Shown piece by piece: positions 23,164 through 37,222 of a stretch of DNA of 64,000 nucleotides. The DNA is from Octopus sinensis (lineage: Eukaryota). A model generated the notes under the pieces. That model was given only the letters and a program-made list of their open reading frames with translations, was not told the DNA's origin and made no database searches. Position numbers and translations under genes: made by a program. The stretch covers positions 48,050,001 through 48,114,000 of the forward strand of contig NC_042998.1 of NCBI RefSeq assembly GCF_006345805.1. Direction: 5' to 3'. Position 1 is the stretch's first letter. Every line of letters begins with the position of its first letter.

Positions 23164-25155
23164 AAGCCCCCGGCCCATCAGGTATCACTGCTGAGATGCT
23201 GAAAACAGCTGGTTATGTGGGCTATGGCCTAGTCACCTGCATTGTAAACCAGGTAGTTCATAATGGAGTCATACCCAATGACTGGTGTAACAGCACCATA
23301 GTTAACTGCTACAAGGGTAAGGGTGATGCTCTAGATAGAAATAACTACAGGGGTATTAAGCTGTTGGATCAGGTGATGAAGGTCACAGAAAGGGTCATAT
23401 CCCATCTCATTAGGGAGAGAATTTGCTTAGATGAGATGCAGTTCGGTTTTGTGCCGGGTAGAAGCACCACTGATGCTATATTCCTGGTCCGACAACTGTA
23501 GGAGAAGTACCTAGCTAAAGATAAACCCCTCTACATAGCTTTTGTGGACTTGGGAGAAAGCCTTTTACAGGGTTCCCTGATCCCTTATCTGATGGTCAAT
23601 GCAGAAACTGGAGATTGACGAATGGCTAATAAGGGCTGTACAGGCTCTATACAGAGAGGCTGTCAGCAAGGTTAGGATTGGCAACGAATATAGTGAAGAA
23701 TTCCGGGTAGAAGTAGGTGTACACCAAGGATCAGCTCTCAGTCCCCTTTTATTCATCATAGTCCTCCAGGCAATAACAGAGGAATTCAAAACAGGTTGCC
23801 CCTGGGAGCTCCTCTATGCTGATGACCTGGCTCTCATAGCAGAATCACTACCGGAACTAGAAAAGAAATTTTGAGTGTGGAAACAGGGGTTAGAATCAAA
23901 GGGCCTTAGAGTGAATGTAGCGAAGACCAAAGTTATAGTAGGCGGAAGGGCGAACTCAGCACACACCCCATCGGGCAGGTGGCCCTGCTCGATCTGTAGG
24001 AAAGGTGTAGGTGGAGACTCCGTGGGATGCACCCAGTGTGGGCTGTGGATGCGTGGGAGGTGCAGCAACATCAAAGGGAAATTAACTGATAAGATAGCTT
24101 TCATGTGTGGCAGATGCACAGGGACAATAGACACCACAAATACTCAGAAAACAGATTCCATCACACTCCAGGGGGAGAGACTAGAAGTAGTTGATAGTTT
24201 CCGCTACCTGGGTGACCAAGTTAGTAGTGGAGGTGGATGCTCGGAGAGTGTCACCACTAGAATACGAATAGTTTGGGCAAAGTTTAGAAAGCTCCTACCC
24301 CTACTGGGGACAAAGGGTCTCTCACTGCCATGCTTCACGGCAGTGAAACATGGGCCGTGACTGCAGAGGACATGCGTAGACTTGAAGGAAATGAAGCTAG
24401 CATGATCCGCTAGATGTGTAATGTCAGTGTGAATGCACGACAGAGTGTAAGCACCCTGAGAGAAATGCTGGACATAAGAAGCATCAGATGCGGTGTGTAA
24501 GAGCGACGCTTGCAATGGTATGGTCATGTACTGTGGATGGATGGGGAGATTTGTGTGAAGAAGTGCCGCTCCCAAACAGTTGAAGGAATCAGGGGGAGAG
24601 GTAGACCCGGGAAGACATGGGATGAGGTAGTCAAGCGTGACTTCAGAGCGTTGGGCCTCATTGAGGCAATGGCGAGGGACCGAGATCTCTGGAGATTTGC
24701 TGTGACTACAAAGACCCGGGATGCTTCCGGCTCCAGTTCCGCATAGCCCCTGCCCATTCAAAGTACCTTGGATCCCAGAACGTCTCGCTGTGCTTGAGGA
24801 GACCTGTTGAGTCAAGTGCATGTACACGAACATCGAAACAAATATCAATGGAAATAGTAGTTGTGATACCTGTGTCGGTGACACATAAAATGCACCATCC
24901 GAACGTGGCCGTTGCCAGCGCTGCCCCGACTGGCTTCTGTGCCGTTGGCACATAAAGAGCTCCATCCAAACGTGGCCGATGCCAGCGCCGCCTTGGCTGG
25001 CTTCCGCGCCGGTGGCATGTTAAAAGCACCAACCGATCGTGGCCGATGCCAGACCCCCCTGGCACCTGTGCAGGTGGCACGTAAAAAGCACCCATTACAC
25101 TCGCGGAGTGGTTGGCGTTAGGAAGGGCATCCAGCTGAAGAAGGGCATCCAGCTG
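23164..25155 (+). mobile_element. 5'-truncated RTE-clade LINE (RT + 3' UTR), disrupted
   Basis: KAPGPSGITAEMLK, NYRGIKLLDQVMKV, QFGFVPGRSTTDAIF, VGVHQGSALSPLLF, LLYADDL, FRYLGD, WYGHV..GRGRPGKTW across several frames; 3' UTR with GGTGGCACGTAAAAAGCACCC..GGAAGGGCATCCAGCTG. Confidence 0.93.
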
Positions 25156-25179
25156 TATATATATGTATATATATGTATA

Positions 25180-25224
<45 letters not shown>

Positions 25225-25234
25225 GTCTATATAT

Positions 25235-27678
25235 CATCATCATCATCATCATCATCATCATTTAGCGTCCGTTTTCCATGCTAGCATGGTTGGACGGTTC
25301 AACTGGGGTCTGGGGAGCCCGAAGGCTGCACCAGGCCAGTCAGATCTGGCAGTGTTTCTACAGCTGGATGCCCTTCCTAACGCCAACCACTCCGAGAGTG
25401 TAGTGGGTGATTTTATGTGCCACCGACACAGGTGCCAGACGAGGCTGGCGAACGGCCACGCTCGGATGGTGTTTTTATGTGCCACCGACACAGGTGCCAG
25501 ACGAGGCTGGCAGACGGCCACGCTCGGATGGTGTTTTTATGTGCCACCGACACAGGTGCCAGATGAGGCTGGCAGGTGCCAGACGAGGCTGGCAGACGGC
25601 CACGCTCGGATGGGTTTTTATGTGCACCGACACAGGTGCCAGATGAGGCTGGCGGACGGCCACGATCGGATGGGTTTGTTACGTCCCCAAAGCACGGAGG
25701 CCAGTCTATGCGGTACTGGCTACGGCCACGTTCGGATGATTTTCTTGTGTGCCACCGGCACTGGTACCACAAGATACAAATTCCATTTATGTTCATCTAT
25801 TTTGATTTGTTTTGATTTGATTTGATTTCACTTGCCTCAACAGGTCTTCACAAGTGTCACTTGCCTCAACAGGTCTTCACAAGTGTCACAAGAAGGAAGG
25901 TATGCACAGGTGGACTGTCTACGTCGCCGGGTCTTCGGATGGTGTCTTTATGTGCCACCGACACAGGTGCCAGATGTGGCTGGCGAACGGCCACGATCGG
26001 ATGGTTTTCTTGTGTGCCACCGGTACTGGAACCACAAAGATACAAATTCCATTGATGTTCATCTATTTTGATTTGGTTGATTTTCACTTGCCTCAACAGG
26101 TCTTCACAAGTGTCACGCGTGTCACACACTTGCCTCAACAGGTCTCCACAAGTGTCACACACTTGCCTCTGCCTCAACAGGTCTTCACAAGTGTCACACA
26201 CTTGCCTCTGCCTCAACAGGTCTTCACAAGTGTCATAAGAGGGAAGGTATGCACAGGTGGACTGACTACGTCGCCGGGTCTTTGGATGGTGTTTTTATGT
26301 GCCACCGACACAGGTGCCAGGTGAGGCTGGCGAACGGCCACGATCAGATGGTTGTTTGTTGTGCCCACAGCACGGAGGCCAGTCGATGCGGTACCAGCTA
26401 CGGCCACTTCGGATGGTTTTCTTGTGGTGCCACCGGTACTGGAACCACAAGATACAAATTCCATTGATATTCATCTATTTTGATTTGGTTTGATTTTCAC
26501 TTGCCTCAACAGGTCTTCACAAGTGTCACACACTTGCCTCAACAGGTCTTCACAAGTGTCATAAGAGGGAAGGTATGCACAGGTGGACTGACTACGTCGC
26601 CGGGTCTTCGGATGGTGTCTTTATGTGCCACCGGCACAGGTGCCAGAGAGGCTGGCGAACGGCCACGATCGGATGGTGTTTTGTGTGCCCACAGCACGGA
26701 GGCCAGTCGATGCGGTACTGGTTACGGCCACGTTTGGGTGGTTTTTCTTGTGTGCACCGGCACTGGTACCACAAAGAATACAATTCCACTGATGTTCATC
26801 TATTTTGATTTGTTTTGATTTGATTTGATTTCACTTGCCTCAACAGGTCTTCATAAGTGTCACAAGAAGGAAGGTATGCACAGGACTGACTACGTCCCAG
26901 GTCGGGGCCACGGGTTATGGCCTGACTAGTCTTGCCGGGTCTTCTCATGCACAGCATACTTCCATAGGTCTCGGTCTCTAGACATTTCCTTAGTGAGACC
27001 TAAAGTTCGAAGGTCGTGCTTCACCACCTCGTCCCAGGTTTTCCTGGGTCTACCTCTTCCACAGGTTCCCTCCACTGCTAGGGTGTAGCACTTTTGCACA
27101 CAACTATCTTCAGCCTTTCTTGTCACATGACCATACCAGCGCAGCCGTCTCTCTGCACGCCACAACTGACGCTTTTAGGTTCAGCTTTTCTCTCAAGGAA
27201 CTTACACTCTGACGATTATGAACACTGACAACACATCCATCGGAGGCATACTGGCTTCATTTCTTGCGAGCTACGCATATCCTCAGCAGTCACGGCCCAT
27301 GTTTCACTACCATGTAGCATGGCTGTACGTACACATGCATCATACAGTCTGCCTTTTACTCTGAGCGAGAGGCCTTTTGTCACCAGCAGGGTAAGAGCTC
27401 TCTAAACTTTGCCCAGGCTATTCTTACTCTAGCAGTTACACTTTCAGCACACCCACCCCCGCTACTGACTTGGTCTCCTAGGTAGCGGAAGCTATCAACT
27501 ACTTCTAGTTTGTCTCCCTGGAACGTGGCAGAAGTTGGTCTCTGCATATTTCCAGTGTTTATTGCTCCTGAGCATTTGCCACAGACAAAAACTATTTTCC
27601 TAGTTAGCCTTCCTTTGACATTGCTGCACCTCTTATGTGTCCATAGCTACACTTGGTGCATCTTAGAGAGTTTCTACC
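25235..27678 (-). mobile_element. 5'-truncated RTE-clade LINE with (GAT)n tail and expanded 3' UTR
   Basis: Minus-strand RT C-terminus (RLRWYGHV...GRGRPRKTWDEVVKHDL, FRYLGDQVSSGG) at 26926-27678; (CAT)n at 25235-25261; same family as 23164-25155. Confidence 0.92.
25411..26880. repeat. higher-order tandem array within the RTE 3' UTR
   Basis: About 60-nt modules (TTTATGTGCCACCGACACAGGTGCCAGA..) and 29-33-nt modules (CACTTGCCTCAACAGGTCTTCACAAGTGT) arranged in four ~300-480-bp super-units. Confidence 0.9.
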
Positions 27679-27679
27679 T

Positions 27680-28345
<666 letters not shown>

Positions 28346-28717
28346 ATTTCTAGGTCAGTACACCAATACATTCATCTTAACACACACACAGATGCATAGA
28401 CAGACACACGCGCATACAGATGCACACATACACATGCACACATGCATCTGCACACTTGAGGGTCAGTTGCTATTATATGACAACAGTGGTGGTGGCAGCG
28501 GAGATGGCAGCTGCAGCACTGGTGGCAGCAGCGGCATTGCCAGTAACGATGTTGGTGATGGTTTGTGCAAGGCTGCATATGTGTGTGTTTTCCTCTGTGT
28601 GTGTGTGTGTATCTAAAAATACAAATGTGTATATATATGAATAGATATATATTCATATATATTTGCATGCATAACATACATGTTTACATACATGCGTGTG
28701 TATATATATATACATGC

Positions 28718-28771
<54 letters not shown>

Positions 28772-28844
28772 AATAAAACATATGCATATATACATACATA
28801 TATGTATGTACCTACCTCTACATGTATATATACATGCATATATG

Positions 28845-29290
28845 GGTACAGGACACCAAAAAAACGTCGAACACAATGAGAAACGAAAACATAAACACAA
28901 AACCAAGGAACTGGACATTTTTCTAAAACAACGAAAAAATAGAGTACAGGACAAATAACACAAGGAAAATTCCCCTTCTTCAGTCGCCTTAGTTTCATTT
29001 ACTCTGCATTTCGAAGGTGAAGGCGATACGCATCTTCGATAGAAACTTTCCTTACCGCGAAAAGCAAATTAAATAAAATTTGAGATCTTTTTGCGGAGGG
29101 GTAAAAATGGTCACAAAAACAGGACAGTAACGACAGTACAAAATATAAACAGTAAAAGACAGGACAAGGAGAATAACAAGACAAGAAGGGCTGTTAAGCT
29201 GAATGAGATAAGGTGTTACGAACGCTATTTTTGAGAACGGCGAAGGAGCAACAGAAAATGCCGTCTACACTTCAAGGATGCCAAATCATT
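28845..29290 (-). mobile_element. probable Penelope-like 3' fragment
   Basis: Minus strand NTLS(P)FSLN-like remnant of the PLE TLxPxGLN end; terminus homologous to 11845-12010. Confidence 0.4.
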
Positions 29291-29973
29291 ATAATTTAAC
29301 ATATATATATATATGTATTTTATATGCATATGTACAGGTGCAGCAGTGGCTGTGTGGTAAGTACCATGCTTACCAACCACATGGTTCCGGGTTCAGTCCT
29401 ACCACGTGGCACCTTCGGCAAGTATCTTAGACGATACAAAAAGAGACAGGAAAAAACAAAGACGAGTCATTCAGAGTTTTCTATCTTTAGTCGAGTTCCA
29501 GATTTTCTCAGTAGTTTCAGCTGGTTACACTTGAGACTGCTCCTATCTGGTTAGCCCCAAGAAAATCTAAGCTAAGAGCACTAGATTCCTTGGAAGAAAG
29601 CAAGCGAATTTACATGAAAGCAAGGACAAAAAAATAACGGAGAAATGTTACACAAAAATACAAATACAAACAACAGGATTATTAAGCTTGCTGCCTTAAT
29701 AATAATAATAATAATCATAATAATAATAATAATAATGATAATAATGATAATAATAATAATAATAAGAAGAAGAAGAAGAAGAAGTTCTAAAATAGGTACA
29801 AGGCTAGTTAATTTGGAGGATGGGCTTAATTAATCCAATCTCCATTCCCTCTTATATAATTGACATGCCCCCTCCCCCAAGGATGAAAGGCCAAGTCAAC
29901 TTTGGTGAAATTCGAACCCAAAATGTAAAGCTGGAAAATATGTCACTAAGCATTTTGTCTAGCATACTAATAC

Positions 29974-30019
<46 letters not shown>

Positions 30020-30394
30020 GATGATGAGGAGGAGGAGGAGGATCCTTTCTACTATAGGTACAAGACACAAGGCTTGAAATATTGGGTGAGTGGGTCAGTT
30101 GATTACATCGACCCTAGCAGTACTCAACTGGTACTTGCTTTTTTTTTTTCGACCCTGAAAGGATGAAAAGAAAAGTTTGCCTCAGAGGAGTTTGAACTCA
30201 GAACATAAAAAAGAGCTGACACAAATATCATGCTCTAACAATTTTGTCAAATAATGAAATAATAACAATAGTAATAACAGTAAGCCCATTGTTGCAGGAT
30301 CTGAAATCAGAATAGTAAAAGTGTGTTATTGAACTGATCACACTAAAATATTCAATTGACTTAGCACAGCTTTCCAACTTATACCTACATCAAA

Positions 30395-30746
30395 GACGAT
30401 GAGGGTTCCGGTTGATCCGAATCAACGGAACAGCCTGCTCGTGAAAGTAACATGTAAGTTTGCTGAGCACTCCACAGACACGTGCACCCTTAACTTAGTT
30501 CTCGGGGATATTCAGCGTGACACAGAGAGTGACAAGGTCGGCCCCTTGAAATACAGGTACAACAGAAACAGGAAGTAAGAGTGAGAGAAAGTTGTGGTGA
30601 AAGAGTACAGCAGGGATCACCACCATCCCCTGCCGGAGCCTTGTGGAGGTTTTAGGTGTTTTCGCTCAATAAACACTCACAACGCCCGGTCTGGGAATCG
30701 AAACCGCGAGTCAGCTGCCCTAACCACTGGGCCATTGCGCCTCCAC
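30395..30746 (-). mobile_element. tRNA-derived SINE (GGAGGCGCAATGGCCCAGTGG family)
   Basis: Homologous to 16854-17140 in head and middle; A and B boxes on the minus strand. Confidence 0.8.
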
Positions 30747-31189
30747 TACTCAAATTATACTGATTGTATAACTATACTATACACAGCTGAGCAGTTGTAA
30801 TTCAAGTGTAGCAATCCAATAAAAACAGCTGAGGTATGAAAGACTTTATGTATTCAATTAAAGTCTTTTTTACATTTGGAATTGGAATGTATGTTTGTGT
30901 ATGTGTCTTCCCTCATCATTTTAACATCCACTTTTCTATGCTTACATGGATCAGATGGAATTCATTGTGGTAGATTTTCTAATGCTTGATGCCCTTCACC
31001 TACTTCCAACTAAAGTATTTTTTCCCCATGTAGGTGCAGGCATGGCTGTCTGCTTCCCAACCACATGGTTGCAGGTTCAGTCCCACAGCATAGTACCTTG
31101 TACATGTGTCTTCTACTATAGTCTTGAGTTAACCAAAGCTTGTGAGTAGATGGAAACTGAAAGAAGCCCATCATATATATATATATATA

Positions 31190-31385
31190 CAGTTGCGGCC
31201 AAAATGTTGAACAGCATTGTTTTCGTCAGAAAAGTAGGTATAAGTTTTTATCAAAGTTGTTTTATATTCTATAATTTTTACAGACAATAAATATGATACG
31301 AATTGTTATTGTCTGAGATTTTGGTGTAATTTGAGAGGATAATACAAAACTTATGGATGATTTAGTGATTTACTGCAAAACCCAT
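31190..31385 (+). mobile_element. solo truncated left TIR of the Tc1 family at 1371-2938
   Basis: TA|CAGTTGCGGCCAAAATGTTG...GATTTACTGCAAAACCCAT, breaking just before the inner repeat. Confidence 0.9.
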
Positions 31386-31419
31386 TTTTAAAACTGATTT
31401 TAACATTGACATAAGTTTG

Positions 31420-31925
31420 AAATTTAGGGACAGGAGATTTGTTGATTAAATTAATCCCAGTATTTTACTGGTACTTTATTTTATCAATTCTGAAAGAATG
31501 AAAAGCAAAATCGGTCCTCGTGAGATATGAACTGATATTTTAATGACCCAAAAATATTCTCCATGGTACTTTATCAGCCCCAGAGAGATGAAAGGCAAAG
31601 CTGGTCCCAGCAGGATTTGAACTCAGAACATTAAGACCCACAAAGCATTTCCTCCAGTGCTCTTACAAGTCAGTCAATCAATCACCCTCACATTACACAC
31701 CACATAAGATTGGTTTCAAATTTTGGCATAGGGCCAGCAATTTCAGGGGAGTGGGTAAGTCAAATACACTGACCCCAGTGTTCAGCTGGTACTTATTTTC
31801 TCAACACCCAAAAGGATGAAAGGCAAAGCCGACCTCAGCAGAATTTGAACTCAGAACATGAAGATAGACGAAATACCACTGAGCATTTCACCCAGCATGA
31901 AAATGATTCGGCCAGCTCACCACCT
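31420..31925 (-). mobile_element. three head-to-tail SINE copies (GGCGGCGAGCTGGCAG family)
   Basis: Three successive ...CTGGTACTT..ATC..CCC.AAAG.ATGAAAG.CAAAG bodies. Confidence 0.7.
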
Positions 31926-32566
31926 TAACAAGTCACATAATATTAGATATTTTAGTTTCTCTGCAACCTACTTTAATAAGGAAACATCACATGAACTCAG
32001 CCATACTTTTGAACTTTTACTCAACAATATTCATGTAAAATATTCAAATGTAAAACCAGTTGACACTTTGTTCTTCTTTGTGTCACTGCTATAAGTAGTG
32101 GGAAATCCTTTATAACCTGTAAATGCATGTGTTCATAGCACATTTCAAAATGTCTATAAAGCTCCAAAGTAGTTTCTCAGGATTTTCTATTTATAAATTC
32201 ATAAATTATGTTAAGTAAACTCTACTTAGTTGAAGGTTACAGAAATGGAACAATGTACGTTCTTGCATAGAAAAAAGCTGCTTTTTTTTTTCTTTCCCTT
32301 CTATCAGTAAATTTTCCTCTGTACCTTATAATATTATCTATAATTTTGCATTGGTAATTTTCTATCATTTTACAAAAATATATAGTCTATAATCTATAAC
32401 AGGCACAGGAGTTACTGTGTGGTAAGAAGTTTGCTTCCCAACCTTATGGTTCCAGGTTCAGTTCCATTGCAGGGCACAAGAGACTTCTACTAGGGTTCTG
32501 GGCTGATCCAAGCCATGTGAGTGGATTTAGTACAATGAAAAAGAAAGAAGCTCATGTGGTCAATGT

Positions 32567-32775
32567 CAGTGCCCCATGACTGGCTCCCATGCAGGTGGCA
32601 CATGGAAAGCACCCACTACACTCTTGGAGTAGCTGGCATTAGGAAGGGCATCCAGGTGTAGAAACTTTGCCAGATCAGATTGGAGCCTGGTGCAGCCTAC
32701 TGGTTGCTGGTCCTGTCAAACCGTCCAACCCATGCTAGCATGGAAAGCAGATGTTAAATGATGATGATGATGATA
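32567..32775 (+). mobile_element. short RTE 3'-end copy with (GAT)n tail
   Basis: GGTGGCACATGGAAAGCACCCACTACAC..GGAAGGGCATCCAG..CATGCTAGCATGGAAAGCAGATGTTAAATGATGATG. Confidence 0.85.
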
Positions 32776-32789
32776 TATATATAAATTCT

Positions 32790-33170
32790 TTATTCTTTTA
32801 CTTTTTTCAGTTGTTTGGCTGTGACCATGCTGGAGCACATAACTGAAGTGTTTTAGTCGAACAACTCGACCACAGGACTTATTTTTTAAGCCTAATACTT
32901 ATTCTATTGGTCTCTTTTGCTGAACTGCTAAGTTATAGAGGATGAACTCACCAGCATTGGTTGTCAAGTGATGGTGAGGGAACAAACACACACACACACA
33001 TACATGATGGGCTTCTTTCACTTTCTGCCTACCAAATCCATTCACAAGGCTTTGGTCAGCTTGATGTTATAGTAGAAGACACTTACCCAAGGTGCCATGC
33101 AGTGGGACTGACCCAGAACCATGTGGTTGAGAAGCAAATTTCTTACCGCACAGCCATGCCTGTACCCCCA
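32790..33170 (-). mobile_element. SINE (GGAGTGGCTGTGTGGTAAG family), CpG-decayed
   Basis: Homologous to 13368-13730. Confidence 0.75.
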
Positions 33171-33206
33171 ATATACAGTATTCTAGCAGCAATAAATATA
33201 TAAACA

Positions 33207-33242
<36 letters not shown>

Positions 33243-33496
33243 TGTATGTATGTATGTATGTATGTATGTACGTGTGAGTGTGAGAGGATGTGCCATTGTG
33301 TTTTTGCTTGTCCTTCCCCCACCACTTGATAATCAGTGTCAGTTTGTTTACATCCCTGTAATTTAGTGGTTCAGCAAAAGAGGCCACCCAGATAAGTACC
33401 AAGCTTAAAAAGATAATAAGTACTGGGGTTACCCTTCAAGGCAGTGTGCCTCAGTATGGCCACAGACCAATGGCAGAGTTAAGCAAAAGAACATAA

Positions 33497-33716
33497 CCCT
33501 TTCGTTACCAAGCCGGCTGAAACCAGCTCTGGCTCTGAGTACAAATGTCTTGTTTTCATTAGTGTTAAATTGAAATCTTCCACCAAACCTTAGTCACAAT
33601 TTATGTTCCTAACACTAGCTGAATGATAACTAAGTTATTTTACTAAATTCTTTGTTATATATAAAGTAATTGAAAGAAACACAGAGCATCTCAAAATAAA
33701 TACAGTAACAAAAGGG
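33497..33716. mobile_element. piggyBac-like MITE
   Basis: ATAA|CCCTTTCGTTAC ... GTAACAAAAGGG|TTAT: CCC/GGG ends, degenerate TTAA flanks. Confidence 0.65.
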
Positions 33717-34454
33717 TTATAAAGAAAAGACAAAAGAATCCATATGACCATATCTCACAATTACAGATTCTGAAGTAGAATTTCTGCAGTGGTGGTCATA
33801 CTCATGATTAAACCTAGTCATAAGGAATGATACCCTTCAATTCAAAAAAAAAAGGGGAGGGAAAAAAAAAGGGAACATTTTTGTTAATCAAAGAAAATAA
33901 GACATTGATTTTTAATATGTGTATAACAAGTGTTTTTTTAGAGAGGAACAGGTACTGAGGTATGCAGAATAATACACCCTGTCCAATGAACAATGATATT
34001 CTTTTCTACTCTAGGCACAAGGCCCGAAATTTGGGGGGAGGGAGGGAGGGGCAATTGATTAGATCAACCCCAGTATGCAACTGGTACTTCATTTATCGAC
34101 CTCATAAAGCTGAAAGGCAAAGTCAAGCTAGGTGGAATTGAACTCAGAACGTAAAAGACAGACGAAAATGAACACTGATATTACATGAATGTTACAGTCA
34201 TACACAACCATCTGATTACTATAATCCAGTATATAAACATTACTGCAAGTTATTAGTGTTGTTAAAGTTACCTAGCACTGATTGATCCTTTATATGATCA
34301 AAGGCATTCCAATCATGACTAGCACATTTTTTTTAATTGGTTAATTAATTTTTTTGTATACATAGGGGATTGTCAAAATGATGTGGATGCCTCTGATCAG
34401 AACCCAATAAAGTTCAAAAATCGATTAAGGTTGGTTGGTCATCATTTAAAATAG

Positions 34455-34868
34455 ACATAGGAGTGGCTGTGTGGTAAGTAGCTTGCTTGCGAACCACATG
34501 GTTCCAGGTTCAGTCCCACTGCATGGCACCTTGGGCAAGTGTCTTCTACTATAGCCGTGGGCCAATCAAAGCCTTGTGAGTGGATTTGGTAGACAGAAAC
34601 TGAAAGCCCGTCATATATATATGTATATATATGTGTGTGTGTGTGTGTATGTGTGTATATGTTTGTGTGTCTGTGTTTGTCCCCCCAGCATCACTTGACA
34701 ACCGATGCTGGTGTGTTTACATCCCCATAACTTAGTGGTTCGGCAAAAGAGACCGATAAAATAAGTACTAGGCTTACAAAGAATAAGTCCTGGGGTCGAT
34801 TTGCTCGACTAAAGGCAGTGCTACAGCATGGCCACAGTCAAGTGACTGAAACAAGTAAAAGAGTAAAA
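34455..34868 (+). mobile_element. full-length SINE (GGAGTGGCTGTGTGGTAAG family)
   Basis: Head GGAGTGGCTGTGTGGTAAGTAGC, GGTTCAGTCCCAC, internal (TA)(TG) tract, tail GACTGAAACAAGTAAAAGAGTAAA. Confidence 0.88.
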
Positions 34869-35169
34869 AAGTATAGGCACAGACATGGCTGTGTGGTAAG
34901 AAGCTTTTTTCTCAACCACATGGTTCCAAGTCTAGTACCACTGCGTAGCACCTTGGGCAAATGACTTCTACTATATAGCCTTCTACTATACCAGAGCCTT
35001 GTGGGTGAATTTGGTAGTTAGAAACTGAATGAAGCCCATCATATATATATATAACTTTAAATTCAAAATAAGAGTGAAAAATTGAATATTAATTTGATTA
35101 ATATCAATTTCAAACCAGTGGTCTAGCATATAGAAAAATCTGAAGATTCAGAAAAATTATATGTATGTA

Positions 35170-35200
<31 letters not shown>

Positions 35201-35999
35201 TATATGTGTGTGGGTGTGCATGTGTATGTGTGTGTGTCTTTGTGTCTCTGTTTGTCCCCAACCACTGCTTGACAACTAGTGTTGGTTTGTTTACATCCCC
35301 ATAACTTAGCAGTTCAGCAAAAAATAACAGCTAAAATAAGTGCCAGGCTTAAAAAAAAAAACTTTCTGGGGATCAAATCATTCAACTAAAAGTTCTTCAA
35401 GGCAGTGCCCCAGCATGGCCACAGTCTAACGACTGATATCTAAAACTACATTATTCAATGTGTTCTAGATATCACTCATTTTGCCCTTTAATATGATTGA
35501 GCAGGAACTGAAGAAATTTGGCTACTATCTCTAGTAGCTTGAGTAACTACGATACCTGTCGCCTGCCTGACCTGTTTCACTGCAAACAGATTACGTAAAT
35601 TAGTAGACATCTAGACAACCCCTGTACCACTATGGAAGAAAAGAGACACAGACTGTTTTGCTTCAACTTTGTTGCATTATATTTGCAGCAGCTGTTATCA
35701 ACCACTGCCGCCACCATCATTAACAATACCCCACCTCTGACACCATCACTACCACCACTATCACTATCATATAACAACAAATCAACTGCATACACACAGC
35801 AAATACTAAATGAAGCAACTGATTTGTTTACGTCTGCATATACATACAAAGACAGACAGACATATAGATACATATATATATACATACACATTTATATATA
35901 TATATATATATATATTTCAATAGGTGAATGTTTATCGTCAGCATGGGAAATTCATTGAACCAATACCAGGGTAGCAAATTCACATCAGAAACACGGTTG

Positions 36000-36227
36000 A
36001 AGCGACCTGTCCAAGGGTAGAAACTCCGGGTTCATTTGCAGAAATTTGTGTGTTATATATGAATAAATGAAAGAATGGAGTCGAACGAAGATGTTAACAA
36101 AATTCCTTTACTCTCGACATATGTTTCGAAGACAACATGGTTTCATTCCAAAGGAATAAAGGGTGTGAGATGCAATCTTCTTATCAGGAAAGAAAGGGAG
36201 CCTCTCTCGGCAACAAGACAAACAAAA

Positions 36228-36230
<3 letters not shown>
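36000..36230 (-). mobile_element. Penelope-like terminus with near-intact hammerhead (36112-36191)
   Basis: Minus strand TTTC-CTGATAA-GAAGA..TCTTC-GAAA-CATATG-TC-GAGA: palindromic ACATATGT stem III, GUC triplet, single core change (G8 to A); right end abuts (TA)n. Confidence 0.55.
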
Positions 36231-36304
<74 letters not shown>

Positions 36305-37010
36305 TTACGGAGTTGTACTTGCATAGCAAGAGACCTGATCAGAGAGTGTAGGGGGTGCATTTTACATGCCACCAGCATGGGAGCTGGTCAGGTGACACTG
36401 GCATCAACCATGTTCAGATGGTGCTTTTTACGTGTCACCAGCACGGGGGCCAGTCAGGTGGCACTGGCATCAACCCACACTAGAATGGTGCTTATTACAG
36501 ACCACCAGCACAAGAATTAGAGAAGTATGAAGTTTCAATGTTAATCCAGGTGGAATTGAGATAGAGTGGTTCAGGACAGGTAGCAAAGGTCCAAGCAAAA
36601 TGTAGGAAGGGATATAAAACTCCAAAAGGAGAGGAAGTTCAGTCAGGCAGGATCAAACTGGGGTGACCACATGAGTGTTTATTATATGTAGATCAGAATT
36701 GTACACAAAAAAAAAAAAAAAATACAAAAGACAGAGACAGCTGAGGAAATAACAAAAAAAGGTGTATTAGTTTGATGCTCAAGGAAAATGGAAGTGTTCT
36801 TGATGTTTTGAGCTTATGCTCTTCTACAGAAAGGAACGAGGAGAGAAAACATGTGCAACTGTTAATCCACACACATTCTTTTATCCTTGTGTTTTTTTCT
36901 CACTCCATCTCTTTTCATTTCAGTTTTTCTGCAATTTTGAATCATATCCATCCATCCATCCACCCATCCGTCCATCCATATATATAATATATATATATTT
37001 TTTTTTTTTT

Positions 37011-37222
37011 GCAGCATGGAAGGTGTTTATAAGCCATTTAAGAAACACACAAAAAACGTTAGATTCACTTAAACATTTAAATTTAATTTGTCAAAACATT
37101 TTCGTCGCTTTGAGACCACAACCTGTTCACTGACAAAATTCTGTGCTGCAGTACAGAATTTAACGGTTTTTATGTGTTTCTTAAATGGCTTATAAATAGC
37201 TTATAAACACCTTCCACGCTGC
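37011..37222. mobile_element. small fold-back element
   Basis: GCAGCATGGAAGGTGTTTATAAGCCATTTAAGAAACAC.. versus ..GTGTTTCTTAAATGGCTTATAAA..ACACCTTCCACGCTGC. Confidence 0.7.

Noticed and set aside
25163-26818. Many overlapping 60-220-aa ORFs and a superficially CRISPR-like repeat pattern
   Set aside because: They are translations of the RTE 3' UTR array; the intervening sequences are themselves repeats, not unique spacers, and the DNA is eukaryotic with no cas genes.
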